DNA of 64,000 nt, taken from positions 96,001-160,000 of the forward strand of contig JAXGPF010000008.1 in NCBI GenBank assembly GCA_040767085.1, read 5' to 3'. Shown in pieces: positions 17,252 to 27,099 of the stretch (position 1 is the first letter of the stretch; each line of letters begins with the position of its first letter). The stretch comes from Kiritimatiellia bacterium (GTDB taxonomy: Bacteria; Verrucomicrobiota; Kiritimatiellia; JAAZAB01). The notes below the pieces were generated by a model. The model made no database searches. It had not been told where the DNA came from and saw nothing but the letters and a program-made list of their open reading frames with translations. The position numbers and the translations under genes were made by a program.

Positions 17252-18289
17252 ATGTACCTGGACACTTTGTTTCACGGAGCGGAGAAATTCGGCGCATCGG
17301 ATCTGCACCTGATCGCCGGCATGCCGCCGGCCTACCGCGTCAACGGCGAGATCATCCTGGCCGACCAGGATCCGCTTGGCGTGGAAGAACTGAACGACAT
17401 GGTTGGCGCCATGATCAACGACGATCAGCGCAAAAAATACGAGCGGGAATGGGAACTGTGCGTGTCCATCCCCCGCGGCGATCAGGGGCGGGTGCGCGCC
17501 ACGATTTACCGCCGCAACGGGCATCCCGAGTTAAGTTTCCGCTTCTGCGGCAGCCGGATCCCCACCCGCGCGGAACTGGGTTTGCCGGCCAAACTGGACG
17601 ACCTGGTCCGCAACCGCAACGGCCTGGTCCTGGTTACCGGGCCGACCGGGTCGGGCAAGACCACCACTTTGAATTACCTGGTGGACCGGATCAACCACGA
17701 ACGCAACTGCAAAATTATCACCATCGAGGATCCGATCGAATACTCGCATGTCAACGACAAGTCCCTCGTGGTGCAGTTGGAAGTCATGACGGATACGCAT
17801 TCGTTCAACCGGGCGCTGGTGCATGTGCTCCGGCAGGACCCGGATGTGATCGTGGTGGGGGAACTGCGGGATTACGAGGCGATTGGCACCGCCCTGGCGG
17901 CCGCGGAAACCGGCCACCTGGTGCTGGCCACCGTGCATGCCGCCAGCGCCATCCAGACCGTGGAACGCATTGTCGGCGTGTACGAGGGCAACACCCAGCG
18001 GCAGATTCTGCTGCAGTTGGCCAATACCCTCCATGGCATCATCAGCCAGGAACTATTCGCCACCCCCGGGAATGAACGCCGGGTGCTGGCCTACGAGCTG
18101 CTGCTGGCCAATCCCGCCGTGCGGAACATTATCCGGCAGAACGATCTCGCCCAGCTGGCCTCGGTCATGCAGACCTCAGCCCGGGATGGCATGGTGCTGA
18201 TGGATACCACGGTGCGCGACTTGTACGACCGCGGCCTGATCAGTTACGACATGGCCATCAGCCGGATCCGCGATCCGGATGCAATTTAA
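17252..18289 (+). CDS. pilT: PilT/PilU-family twitching-motility ATPase
   Basis: ASDLHL, GPTGSGKTTT, TIEDPIE, LRQDPDVIVVGELRD, ETGHLV, AVRNIIR. Confidence 0.88.
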   Translation: MYLDTLFHGAEKFGASDLHLIAGMPPAYRVNGEIILADQDPLGVEELNDMVGAMINDDQRKKYEREWELCVSIPRGDQGRVRATIYRRNGHPELSFRFCGSRIPTRAELGLPAKLDDLVRNRNGLVLVTGPTGSGKTTTLNYLVDRINHERNCKIITIEDPIEYSHVNDKSLVVQLEVMTDTHSFNRALVHVLRQDPDVIVVGELRDYEAIGTALAAAETGHLVLATVHAASAIQTVERIVGVYEGNTQRQILLQLANTLHGIISQELFATPGNERRVLAYELLLANPAVRNIIRQNDLAQLASVMQTSARDGMVLMDTTVRDLYDRGLISYDMAISRIRDPDAI

Positions 18290-18300
18290 CCCGGCGGCGC

Positions 18301-19026
18301 ATGATTATCCTGGAAAATCTCGGCAAACAATTCGGTCCGGTCTGGGCGGTCCAGGATTTGACCTTGACCGTGCCGCCGGGCGAATTGTTTTGCTTCCTCG
18401 GACCGAACGGCGCCGGCAAGACCACCACCATCAAAATGGCCTGCGGATTGCTGCGTCCGACCGCGGGGACGGCGCGCGTGGCCGGCGGCGATCCAGCCGC
18501 CGACCAGGCCGTGCGCGCCGCCATCGGCTATATCCCGGACCAGCCGTTCCTGTACGAGCGGTTGACCGCCGCCGAGTTTTTCCAGTTTGTCGGCGACATC
18601 TACCGGCTGCCGCCGGAGCGTATCCGCCGGGAACGCGCGGAGTTGTTCGAACTGTTCGGCCTGCAGCCGGCGGCGCAAACCATGATCGGCGAGTTGTCCC
18701 ACGGGTTCCGCCAGCGCCTGATTTATGCCGCGACGCTGCTTCATCAGCCGCAGGTGCTCTTCGTGGACGAACCCTTCATCGGCCTGGACCCGTACACCAT
18801 CCGGCTGCTGCGCGAATTGCTGCGCGCACGCGCGCGCGCGGGCATGACGATCTTCCTCACCACCCATATCCTGGCGCTGGTGGAGGGGCTGGCGGATCGG
18901 GTCGGCATCCTGTCCGATGGGCGCCTGGCGGCGCTCGGCACGGTGGATGAGTTGCGCGCCCGCGCCGGCGGCGCCGGCGCGCTGGAGGATATTTTCCTGG
19001 GCCTGACCCGGGCCGATGCAAATTGA
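18301..19026 (+). CDS. ABC transporter ATP-binding protein
   Basis: GPNGAGKTT, LSHGFRQR, VDEPFIGLD, TTH. Confidence 0.93.
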   Translation: MIILENLGKQFGPVWAVQDLTLTVPPGELFCFLGPNGAGKTTTIKMACGLLRPTAGTARVAGGDPAADQAVRAAIGYIPDQPFLYERLTAAEFFQFVGDIYRLPPERIRRERAELFELFGLQPAAQTMIGELSHGFRQRLIYAATLLHQPQVLFVDEPFIGLDPYTIRLLRELLRARARAGMTIFLTTHILALVEGLADRVGILSDGRLAALGTVDELRARAGGAGALEDIFLGLTRADAN

Positions 19027-19046
19027 CTTTGAGCGATGGGACTGTT

Positions 19047-19532
19047 ATGAAAGCTGCTGCATCTAAAACCGGTCAAACCGGCCGCACCGTCCTGGCGGCC
19101 AATCGCCGCGCCCGCCATCATTATATCGTCCTGGAAACATTCGAGGCCGGCATCGCCCTGGCCGGCACGGAAGTCAAGTCCGTCCGGGCGGGCCTGGTTG
19201 ATTTGAGCGCCGGGTTCGCCGATTGCGGCCCGGGGGGGATCATGCTGCGCGACGTGCATATCAAGCCCTACGAGTTCGGCAACCAGTTTAACCACGAGCC
19301 GCGCCGGGCCCGCCGCCTGCTGCTGCACCGCCGGGAAGTCCACCGCCTGGGCGGGCAATTGGCGCGCAAGGGCTTGACCCTGATCCCCCTGTCGCTGTAT
19401 CTTAACCGGCGCGGGCTGGTGAAACTGGAGCTGGGTTTGTGCCAGGGTAAACTGGCGGCGGACAAGCGCGAAGCTCTGCGCCAGAAGGCCGCGGAAGACG
19501 ATGCCCGCCGGGAGTTGGCCGCCCGGCGGTGA
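19047..19532 (+). CDS. smpB: SsrA-binding protein SmpB
   Basis: NRRARHHY, EAGIALAGTEVKS, NHEPRRARRLLLH, DKRE. Confidence 0.95.
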   Translation: MKAAASKTGQTGRTVLAANRRARHHYIVLETFEAGIALAGTEVKSVRAGLVDLSAGFADCGPGGIMLRDVHIKPYEFGNQFNHEPRRARRLLLHRREVHRLGGQLARKGLTLIPLSLYLNRRGLVKLELGLCQGKLAADKREALRQKAAEDDARRELAARR

Positions 19533-19554
19533 TACGCTCCTGCAACGCGGGCGG

Positions 19555-19915
19555 CGGAGCGCAACGCAGTTGCGCCGCTACAGAAGAGGCGGAAATATTC
19601 AGGCCGGCTGTAGTGGCCGAACTGCGTTCGGTATCTGTGTCTGGGTGTAGTAGTCCGGCTTTGTCGGACATGCCGGAACGCAACGCAGTTGCGCCGCTAC
19701 AGAAGAGGCGGAAATATTCAGGCCGGCTGTAGTGGCCGAACTGCGTTTGGTATCTGTGTCCGGGTGTAGTAGTCCGGCTTTGCCGGACATGCCGGAACGC
19801 AACGCAGTTGCGCCGCTACAGAAGAGGCGGAAATATTCAGGCCGGCTGTAGTGGCCGAACTGCGTTCGGTATCTGTGTCCGGGTGTAGCAGTCCGGCTTT
19901 GCCGGACATGTCGGA
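19555..19915. repeat. 3 x 119-bp tandem repeat of inverted REP-like doublets (BIME/REPIN-like)
   Basis: GCAACGCAGTT recurs at 19561, 19680 and 19799. Each unit has GTAGCGGCGCAACTGCGTTGC (minus strand) facing GTAGTGGCCGAACTGCGTTCG, plus a GTCCGGCTTTGCCGGAC hairpin. Confidence 0.9.
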
Positions 19916-19943
19916 TAGTGTTTATTGATCAAGGAGAAATCAA

Positions 19944-20930
19944 ATGCGCAAGGTAACGTTATTCACGGGACAATTTGCCGATCTGCCTCTGGAACAACTG
20001 GCCGCCAAGGCCAAGGGGTGGGGATATGACGGGTTGGAACTGGCCTGCTGGGGCGATCACCTGGATGTCGCGCGCGCGGCGCGCGACAAAAAATACGCCC
20101 GCGGCCAGGTGTCTCTGCTGGCCCGGCATGGCTTGGAAGTGTTGGCCATCAGCAACCACCTGGCCGGGCAACTGGTCTGCGATCCGAACAACGACGCGCG
20201 CTCAGACGCATTCGCGCCCGGGGAATGCGCCGGCAATGCGGAAGCCAAGCGCGCCTGGGCGGTGGAATCAATGAAGAATGCCGCGCGCGCCGCGGCCAAT
20301 ATGGGCGTCAAGGTGGTCAATGGCTTCACCGGGTCGTCCATCTGGCACATGCTCTACAGTTTTCCGCCGGCATCCGCGGCGATGATTGACGCCGGGTACG
20401 AGGATTTCGCCCGGCGCTGGAATCCGATCCTGGACATCTTCGACGAATGCGGCGTGCGCTTCGCCCTGGAAGTGCATCCGACCGAAATCGCTTACGACCT
20501 GCACACCGCCCGCCGGGCCCTGCAGGCCATCGACAACCGCCCCGCCTTCGGGTTCAATTTCGATCCCAGCCACCTGTTCTGGCAGATGGTGGACCCGGTG
20601 CGTTTCATCCAGGCTTTCCCGGAACGCATTTACCATGTGCATGTCAAGGATGCGGCGCTGACGCTGGACGGCGCGAGCGGCATCCTGGCGTCGCATCTCA
20701 ACTTCGGCACGCCCGGGCGCGGCTGGGATTTCCGCACCCCGGGCCGGGGCGGCGTCCGTTTCGAGGAAATCATCCGGGCCTTGAACGTCATCAACTACCA
20801 GGGGCCGCTGTCGGTGGAGTGGGAGGATGCCTACATGGACCGCGAGCACGGCGCGGCGGAAGCCTGCCAGTTTGTGCGCCGGCTGGATTTTCCCAAGTCC
20901 GACCGCGTGTTTGATGAAGCGTTCGGGTGA
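19944..20930 (+). CDS. sugar-phosphate isomerase/epimerase (xylose-isomerase-like TIM barrel)
   Basis: LFTGQFADL, GYDGLELACWGDH, LEVHPTEIA, FDPSH, HVHVKD, SVEWED. Confidence 0.9.
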   Translation: MRKVTLFTGQFADLPLEQLAAKAKGWGYDGLELACWGDHLDVARAARDKKYARGQVSLLARHGLEVLAISNHLAGQLVCDPNNDARSDAFAPGECAGNAEAKRAWAVESMKNAARAAANMGVKVVNGFTGSSIWHMLYSFPPASAAMIDAGYEDFARRWNPILDIFDECGVRFALEVHPTEIAYDLHTARRALQAIDNRPAFGFNFDPSHLFWQMVDPVRFIQAFPERIYHVHVKDAALTLDGASGILASHLNFGTPGRGWDFRTPGRGGVRFEEIIRALNVINYQGPLSVEWEDAYMDREHGAAEACQFVRRLDFPKSDRVFDEAFG

Positions 20931-20938
20931 TAGAAGCT

Positions 20939-20967
20939 TTGACATAATGGCCGCCATTTGTTATCAT
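20939..20967 (+). promoter_or_regulatory. sigma70-like promoter
   Basis: TTGACA-17 nt-TATCAT with an upstream TG, ~40 nt before the ATG at 21007. Confidence 0.55.
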
Positions 20968-21006
20968 CAACCATTCAAAAATTTAACTGAACACAGGGGT
21001 GCTGCA

Positions 21007-22395
21007 ATGAAAATCGCAAAATTACTGGCGCTGGCGGCGGTGTGCACGGGCGTGTCGGTGGGCGGGCAGACGGTTTTCGTGGTGCCGCCGGAAACGCCCG
21101 GGGCAAGTCCGGGTTACCCGTTCTATTCGTGGGGCAATGCCGCCACCAGCATCCACGATGCCGTCGACGCCGCCGTGCTCGCCGGCGTGACGCAGGTGTT
21201 TGTTTCCAATGGCTTGTATCATATCACGAACGAAATCTCTGTGAAAAACGCCCTCTATTTGCGCAGTTGGAATAACGGGGCGATTGACCAGACCAACACG
21301 ATTATCAATGCCGGGGGGCTGTACCGCGGCTTTTTCGTCAGCAATGCCAATGCCGTCGTGGATGGATTCATGGTCACCAACGCGGCGACCAACGCGGTCA
21401 ACCTTTATCACGGCGTGATCCGGAATTGCGACCTGGCTTTCAACCTGGGGCGAGGCGCAACTATCGGCTTGAACGGGATTCTGGAAGATTGCCGCGTGCG
21501 GGAAAATTACATTGTCGCTCATGGCGGCGGCGTGTATTTGTCCGCCGGAACGGTGCGCCGGTGCGCCATTGTCGGCAACATCGGCAGCAGCTACTATGGC
21601 GGCGGCGTGTATATTATGGGGGGGGGGAAACTGCTGGATAGCAGCATCATCAGCAACCAGTGCGTCGGCACCGCAAACGGCTGGGGCGGCGGCGTGTTTG
21701 TGAGTGAGTTGGGGCTGGTTTCCAATTGCCTTATTCAAGCCAACCGGACCTTCATCCGTACTGCGGGGATTTTTTTGTCGGCTGGCGGCGGCGGCAATAT
21801 CGTGGTGGATAAATGCGTGATTGTTGACAATGTAATAACCGGGGCTACCGGCGGCGGCGGCTCTTACATGAATGGCGGCGTGTTGCGCAATTCGCTGATC
21901 GCCCGCAATTCCGGCGTACGTGGCGGTGGCATTTTTATGATCGTTGCGTCCAATCTAATCGAGAATTGCACGATTGTCTCCAATTCCGCATCCGAACGTG
22001 GCGGCGGGGTGTATGGCCCAGGTAGTGTTGCCACGGATGTGTTGTTGATGAATAATATCATTTACTTCAACAATTCTCCCAACGGAAGCAATTTATATAA
22101 CCAAGATATGGTGTTTTGGACCAACAACTGCACGGCGCCATCGGTGAATGCCTACGGCAGCGGCAACATCACCGATGATCCGGCCTTCGTCAGTTTTGCG
22201 CCGGACATGGATGCGGCCGATTATGATTTTCGGCTGACAGCCGATTCCCGCTGTGTCAATACCGGGACAAATCAGCCCTCAATGTCGTCGTGCGTGGACC
22301 TGGACGGGCGGACGCGGATTGACCGTTTCTACCGCCTGGTGGATATGGGCTGCTACGAATATGTCCCGGGCGGGATGCTTTTCGGCATACGCTGA
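21007..22395 (+). CDS. secreted right-handed beta-helix protein with choice-of-anchor-Q-like C-terminus
   Basis: Signal peptide, GGGVY/N-C-x-I repeats, DPAF...FRL...S.CVNTG.N...DLDG..R....DMGCYEY. Confidence 0.8.
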   Translation: MKIAKLLALAAVCTGVSVGGQTVFVVPPETPGASPGYPFYSWGNAATSIHDAVDAAVLAGVTQVFVSNGLYHITNEISVKNALYLRSWNNGAIDQTNTIINAGGLYRGFFVSNANAVVDGFMVTNAATNAVNLYHGVIRNCDLAFNLGRGATIGLNGILEDCRVRENYIVAHGGGVYLSAGTVRRCAIVGNIGSSYYGGGVYIMGGGKLLDSSIISNQCVGTANGWGGGVFVSELGLVSNCLIQANRTFIRTAGIFLSAGGGGNIVVDKCVIVDNVITGATGGGGSYMNGGVLRNSLIARNSGVRGGGIFMIVASNLIENCTIVSNSASERGGGVYGPGSVATDVLLMNNIIYFNNSPNGSNLYNQDMVFWTNNCTAPSVNAYGSGNITDDPAFVSFAPDMDAADYDFRLTADSRCVNTGTNQPSMSSCVDLDGRTRIDRFYRLVDMGCYEYVPGGMLFGIR

Positions 22396-22526
22396 AATTG
22401 CGGGCGCGCCAGTGGTCCTAAATAAAAGCCACAGGTATTTGGAGGGTTGGATTACACCCCAACCGTTCTGCGCGGACTTTTGAGCGGCTCTTTAAAAAGC
22501 CTGCCTGCGGCGCCGCGATTGCGGGG

Positions 22527-23327
22527 TCATGCGCATTTACCGCGTTGGAACAGACGGCAGGCGTTGGCCGTGGTTGATTGCGCGATTTCCGCCAGGGGCC
22601 GGCCGCGAATCTGCGCCAGGCAGGCGGCGGTGTGCGGCAGGCAGGCCGGCTCGTTGCGCCGGCCGCGCAACGGTTCCGGCGCCAGGAACGGCGCGTCGGT
22701 TTCCAGCAGCAGGCGGTCGTCTGGGACGAGGGCGGCTGCCGCGCGGATTTCCCCGGCGTTTTTGAATGTCAGGATGCCGCTGAAGCTGATATAGAAACCC
22801 AAATCCAGCAGGCGGCGGGCGTATTCCGGGCCCCCGGTGAAGCAATGCATCACGCCAATGCCATCCGGCGCGCCGGTCCAACCGGCGGCATGCACGGTCA
22901 AATCCTCCAAAATTTCCCGGTCGGCATCGCGGCTGTGGACGATCACCGGCAAAGCGTGGGCCCGCGCCAGTTCCAGCATGCGGCGGAACAGATTGCGCGG
23001 CGCCGGGTCGTCCCGGCGCCCGTGGAAATAATCCAATCCGGTTTCCCCAATGGCCGCAATCTCCGGCGCCGCCAGCAAGCCTTCCAACTCGGAAAGCGCC
23101 GCCGGTGCCGGCGCCTGGCTGCGGTCCATGGCCGCCGCGGCGCGGATATGGGCGGGGTATTGCCGGGCCAATGCCAGGGCCTGCTGGTTGGCGGCCGGGG
23201 ATCCCCCGATGGCCAGGATGCGGGTGACGCCGGCATCCCTGGCGCGCTGGAGCAGGGCTGGGATGCCGCCGTCGGGCGCGGCCGGATCAACCAGCAGGTC
23301 GAAATGCGCATGGGTATCGAAAAACAT
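22527..23327 (-). CDS. tatD: TatD-family deoxyribonuclease
   Basis: DTHAH, IGETGLDY, VHSRDA, MHCFTG, LETDAPFL. Confidence 0.92.
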   Translation of the reverse strand: MFFDTHAHFDLLVDPAAPDGGIPALLQRARDAGVTRILAIGGSPAANQQALALARQYPAHIRAAAAMDRSQAPAPAALSELEGLLAAPEIAAIGETGLDYFHGRRDDPAPRNLFRRMLELARAHALPVIVHSRDADREILEDLTVHAAGWTGAPDGIGVMHCFTGGPEYARRLLDLGFYISFSGILTFKNAGEIRAAAALVPDDRLLLETDAPFLAPEPLRGRRNEPACLPHTAACLAQIRGRPLAEIAQSTTANACRLFQRGKCA

Positions 23328-23374
23328 ATGCGCTAAAATATCCCTCCGCCCCGTGGAATGCAATCCTGGAATGC

Positions 23375-23604
23375 CAGGGCTGTATCATTCTCAGAGCAGA
23401 CGGCTCGGTCGGCTTGTCCTGCATAGCTTCAGCGACGCAGGGAGACCTCGCCCTACCGTTTCATAAGCATTTGTCGCGGGTAGGGCGAGACCTCCGGGCG
23501 AGCCGCTCCGGCGGTAGAAGGGCGAGACCCCGCTCAAAGCGGGGTAAACCGCCGGCTTGTCCCGCATGGCGCGGGAGCGAGCCGCCGGGAATGACGCAAC
23601 CGTG
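23375..23604 (-). mobile_element. MITE family A copy 2 (inverted)
   Basis: Reverse complement of the 12244 and 26914 copies; CAGGGCTGTATCATTCTC ... GGAATGACGCAACCGTG. Confidence 0.75.
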
Positions 23605-23670
23605 CCCGAATGCCAACCGGTGCGCGCGCGGCAACTTGTATTTTCGCAGGCGATTTGCTACGCTTTGCCA

Positions 23671-23949
23671 ATGAAACACAGTTCCAAGCCCGCCAAGCCC
23701 GTGCGCGCCTGCCATGCCTGTCTGCTCAACCTGGGCAAAGTCTGCTGGGTTTACGCCAATCCGCGGCGGCAATGGCGCAACCGGCGGTGTCCGGGGTTCG
23801 AAAACCCGGAATTGTACAACGCCCTGGCGGAATGGCAGGCGGCGCCGCATGTCAAAACCAGGAAACAATTGCGGCAGGCGTCCGGCCGTAAAACCAACCA
23901 GCCGCCAGCCTGGCGGCGGCATACTCAACATACAATCGGCAGCGGGTGA
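23671..23949 (+). CDS. small basic Cys-containing hypothetical protein
   Basis: 92 aa with CHAC..C..C spacing, directly upstream of hflX. Confidence 0.55.
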   Translation: MKHSSKPAKPVRACHACLLNLGKVCWVYANPRRQWRNRRCPGFENPELYNALAEWQAAPHVKTRKQLRQASGRKTNQPPAWRRHTQHTIGSG

Positions 23950-23952
23950 TTG

Positions 23953-25065
23953 ATGCAATCTGACGGCAACGCAACGGCAATTATCGAGCGAGCCCTGCTG
24001 GTCCAGGTGGTGATCGGCCGGCAAGCGCGCGCCGAGGCGGAAGACTCGCTCGCGGAGCTGGCGCGGCTGGCGGACACTGCCGGCGCCGCGGTGGTGGGCG
24101 CCATTACCCAGCATCGGGAACGGCCGGACCCGGCGTTGATGATCGGCCAGGGCAAATTGGCGGAGGTGCAACTGGCCGGCCGGGCGGCGGAAGCCAATCT
24201 CCTGATCTTTGACAATGAACTCTCGGCGGTGCAGGCCGCGAATGTGCGCCAGGCGGTCGGCCTCAAGGTGATTGACCGCACCGAGTTGATTCTCCGGATT
24301 TTCGCCCGGCGCGCGCAAACCGCCGAGTCTAAAATCCAGGTGGAACTGGCGCATTTGCAATACCTCGCCGGACGGATTCCCGTGCTGGAAGCCCAGCAGC
24401 GGTTTCAGGGCGGCATTGGCGTGCGCGGGCCGGGCGAGAGCCCGATGCAATTGCGGCGCGCGCCGATGCTGGCGCGGATTACCATTCTTAAAAGGAAACT
24501 CAAGGAAATCCAGCGGCGCCGGCAACTGACACGCCGCCAGCGCCGGATGCCGGAGGTGTGCCTGGTGGGGTATACCAATGCCGGGAAATCCACCCTCCTG
24601 AATGCCTGCAGCGCGGCGGACGCCTACGTGGATGACCGGCTGTTCGCCACGCTGGACACCAAGAGCCGCGCCGTGTTCCTGCCCGACCGCCGCCAGGTGA
24701 TGTTGACCGATACCGTGGGCTTTATCCGGCATCTGCCGCACGGCCTGGTGGCTTCTTTCCGCTCCACGCTGGAGGAGATCGGCGAGGCCGATCTCCTCTT
24801 GCTGGTGCTGGATGCCGGCCACCGCTACCTCCGGGAGCACCTGGCGGTGGTGGAGAAAACCCTGGCCGAAATCAAGGCCGAGCGCGCGCCGCGGCTGCTG
24901 GTGCTCAACAAGATTGATACGCCGGCCGCGCAGGCGGCGCTCCCGGAGCTGCGGCGGGATTTCCCCGAGGCCCTGGCGCTTTCGGCCCTGCACCGGGAAG
25001 GTGTGGCGGAGTTGAAGGAGCGCCTGGCGCAATTGCTGCCCGCGCGCCAGTTGTTGCCGGAGTGA
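23953..25065 (+). CDS. hflX: GTPase HflX
   Basis: DRTELILRIFARRA, GPGE, GYTNAGKST, LFATLD, DTVGFI, NKID. Confidence 0.95.
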   Translation: MQSDGNATAIIERALLVQVVIGRQARAEAEDSLAELARLADTAGAAVVGAITQHRERPDPALMIGQGKLAEVQLAGRAAEANLLIFDNELSAVQAANVRQAVGLKVIDRTELILRIFARRAQTAESKIQVELAHLQYLAGRIPVLEAQQRFQGGIGVRGPGESPMQLRRAPMLARITILKRKLKEIQRRRQLTRRQRRMPEVCLVGYTNAGKSTLLNACSAADAYVDDRLFATLDTKSRAVFLPDRRQVMLTDTVGFIRHLPHGLVASFRSTLEEIGEADLLLLVLDAGHRYLREHLAVVEKTLAEIKAERAPRLLVLNKIDTPAAQAALPELRRDFPEALALSALHREGVAELKERLAQLLPARQLLPE

Positions 25066-25068
25066 ACC

Positions 25069-25719
25069 ATGCCGGTTGAGTTAATTCTCGCATCCGCTTC
25101 CGTCGCGCGCGCGGATTTACTGCGCGCCGCGGGCATCAAGTTCCGCATCGCTCCCGCAAATGTGGCAGAGCCGCCGCCGGCCCCGTACGAGTCGCTGAAA
25201 CATTACCTGGAGCGCCTGGCGCAAATGAAGGCGCAGGCGGCGGCGCCGCGCCATTCCCGGGCGGCCATCCTGGCGGCGGACACGGTGCTATGCCTCCCGG
25301 GCGGCCGGGCTGACCGGATGCGCCTGCGGATTATCGGCAAGCCGTATGGGCGGACGCCCGCCGCGCGCGCCGCCTCAGCGGCGCGTCTGTTGCGGGAACT
25401 CGCGGGGCGTGAACACTTGATCGGCACGGGAATCTGCCTCCTGGGTCCGGAGGACGCGCGCGGGCGCCGGGTCATGCGCCGTGGATATGTTGCGGCGCGG
25501 GTGCGGCTGCGCGCCCTGGCGCCGGCGGAAATCCGGCATTATGTGGCGCAAGTCAAGCCCTGGCATTGCGCCGGCGCCTATGCCCTGCAGGGCGCCGGCG
25601 CGGCGATCATCGCGGCAGTGCGCGGCGACCCGACCACCATCATCGGGTTGCCCATGGAATTGACGCTCCGGCTCCTGGCGGGCTCAGGCGGATTGGCCCG
25701 CGCCGGCATTCTGCATTAA
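25069..25719 (+). CDS. maf: Maf-family nucleotide pyrophosphatase
   Basis: LILASAS, AADT, IGKP, AGAYALQG, IGLP. Confidence 0.88.
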   Translation: MPVELILASASVARADLLRAAGIKFRIAPANVAEPPPAPYESLKHYLERLAQMKAQAAAPRHSRAAILAADTVLCLPGGRADRMRLRIIGKPYGRTPAARAASAARLLRELAGREHLIGTGICLLGPEDARGRRVMRRGYVAARVRLRALAPAEIRHYVAQVKPWHCAGAYALQGAGAAIIAAVRGDPTTIIGLPMELTLRLLAGSGGLARAGILH

Positions 25720-26196
25720 AGCCGCCAGCGCCCTGGCTTCATGCGCCTGCAAGCGCGCCAACTCGGCGGGCGGCAGGTTGGTTTTGGCCGCTGAAAAAGC
25801 CAGTTCCATTCCCGGGAAAGCGCGTTGAAACAGGAATTGCGCGCGCGGGATGTGGAAATCGGAAGTGACGACGACGAGGGCGGTTATGCCGTGGCGGGCG
25901 ATAATCGGCCGGGATAATCCGGCATCCTGAATTGTGTTGGAGCTTTCCACGCACTCGAGAAACCGGTCCGGGGGAATGCCCTGCGCCTCCAGGAAGCGCC
26001 TGGTGTAATAACCGTGCGGCTTTTCGGTGGTGTTGAAGTGCGTCCCCCAGCCGCCGGTGGGGAGGATGCAGGCGTCCGGATGCCGCGCGAATTCGAACAA
26101 AGCCTGGCGGCAGCGTTCGACGGCCATGGCCGACAGACGGCCGGCGGCGTCATTTGGCGCGCCCAGCACCGCAATGGCGGTTTTTTTTGGGTGCAT
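25684..26196 (-). CDS. YdcF/DUF218-family protein
   Basis: AVLG, LPTGG, ESSNTIQDA, VVTSDFHIPRA. Confidence 0.82.
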   Translation of the reverse strand: MHPKKTAIAVLGAPNDAAGRLSAMAVERCRQALFEFARHPDACILPTGGWGTHFNTTEKPHGYYTRRFLEAQGIPPDRFLECVESSNTIQDAGLSRPIIARHGITALVVVTSDFHIPRAQFLFQRAFPGMELAFSAAKTNLPPAELARLQAHEARALAALMQNAGAGQSA

Positions 26197-26242
26197 ATTC
26201 CTGTGCTTTATCTCCGGCGCGGCCTTGATGGGACAGACTGGA

Positions 26243-26824
26243 TCATTCCTTCTTGCCTCCGCGCCGCGCCGTTGCCGGCGGGGTGGCGGCGGGCGGGTTA
26301 TGCCGGCGGTAATCCTGCATGATGTCGCGGATATAGCGCCGGGTGAGGGGATAAGTGATATTATGCCAGAACACGTTCGGGTCGTTGCGGTCGTTTTTGG
26401 CCCAGCGCAGGGCGTTGGAACGCCCGGCATTGTATTCCGCCAGCGCGTAAGGCAGCGGGTTAGCCTTGGCGCTCCAGTAGTTGCGGGCGCGGCTCAGGTA
26501 CCAGGCGCCGGCCTGAATGTTGATTTCGGGTTGGAATAGTTCGTATTTGCTGAAATTGGAACGGCCGGTGCCGGCGGCCCAGTCGGCCGCGGCGGCAGGG
26601 GTGACCTGCATCAGGCCGATTTCGCCGGCCCGGCCGATGCTGCGATGGTTGAACCCGCTTTCATGGCGGATCACCGCGCGCAGGAGCGCCGGCGGCAAGT
26701 CATGTTCCCGCGCGGCATCGAGGATCATGGCGTCGAAGGCATGGTTGCGCCAATGCCAGTAGGCCGCGTAAAACATCGCGCTCGCGATGACGGCGGCGGT
26801 CGCGGCGGCAATTAACCAGCGCAT
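26243..26824 (-). CDS. lytic transglycosylase (SLT domain)
   Basis: AVIRHESGF, GLMQV, NIQAGAWYL, AEYNAG. Confidence 0.92.
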   Translation of the reverse strand: MRWLIAAATAAVIASAMFYAAYWHWRNHAFDAMILDAAREHDLPPALLRAVIRHESGFNHRSIGRAGEIGLMQVTPAAAADWAAGTGRSNFSKYELFQPEINIQAGAWYLSRARNYWSAKANPLPYALAEYNAGRSNALRWAKNDRNDPNVFWHNITYPLTRRYIRDIMQDYRRHNPPAATPPATARRGGKKE

Positions 26825-26913
26825 GGTATTTGACAAACCCTTTGGCATAGTTTAAATTTAACGCGAAAGGAAGCTCGCGTCAATTTTATATCACGGGCGG
26901 ACGGATGTTCCGT

Positions 26914-27035
26914 CACGGCTGCGTCATTCTTTGCGGCTCGCCCGGAGGTCTCGCCCTACCCACGACAAATACTTATGAAACGGTAGGGCGAGGTCTCCGT
27001 ACCGAGCCGTCTGTTCTGAGAATGACGCAGCCCTG
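26914..27035 (+). mobile_element. MITE family A copy 3 (short, 122 bp)
   Basis: Same TIRs; flanks GATGTTCCGT / GATGTTCCGC. Confidence 0.8.
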
Positions 27036-27099
27036 GATGTTCCGCGTCGGAATTTTTTGAAATTACCCCAGGTGAAGGATATTACATAAGGAGGTTGGC

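Noticed and set aside
17252-18289. Type IV pilus locus
   Set aside because: Only a lone PilT-like ATPase; no pilin or assembly genes nearby.
19555-19915. CRISPR array or tmRNA next to smpB
   Set aside because: The whole 119-bp unit repeats with no unique spacers, no cas genes are present, and tmRNA termini were not seen.
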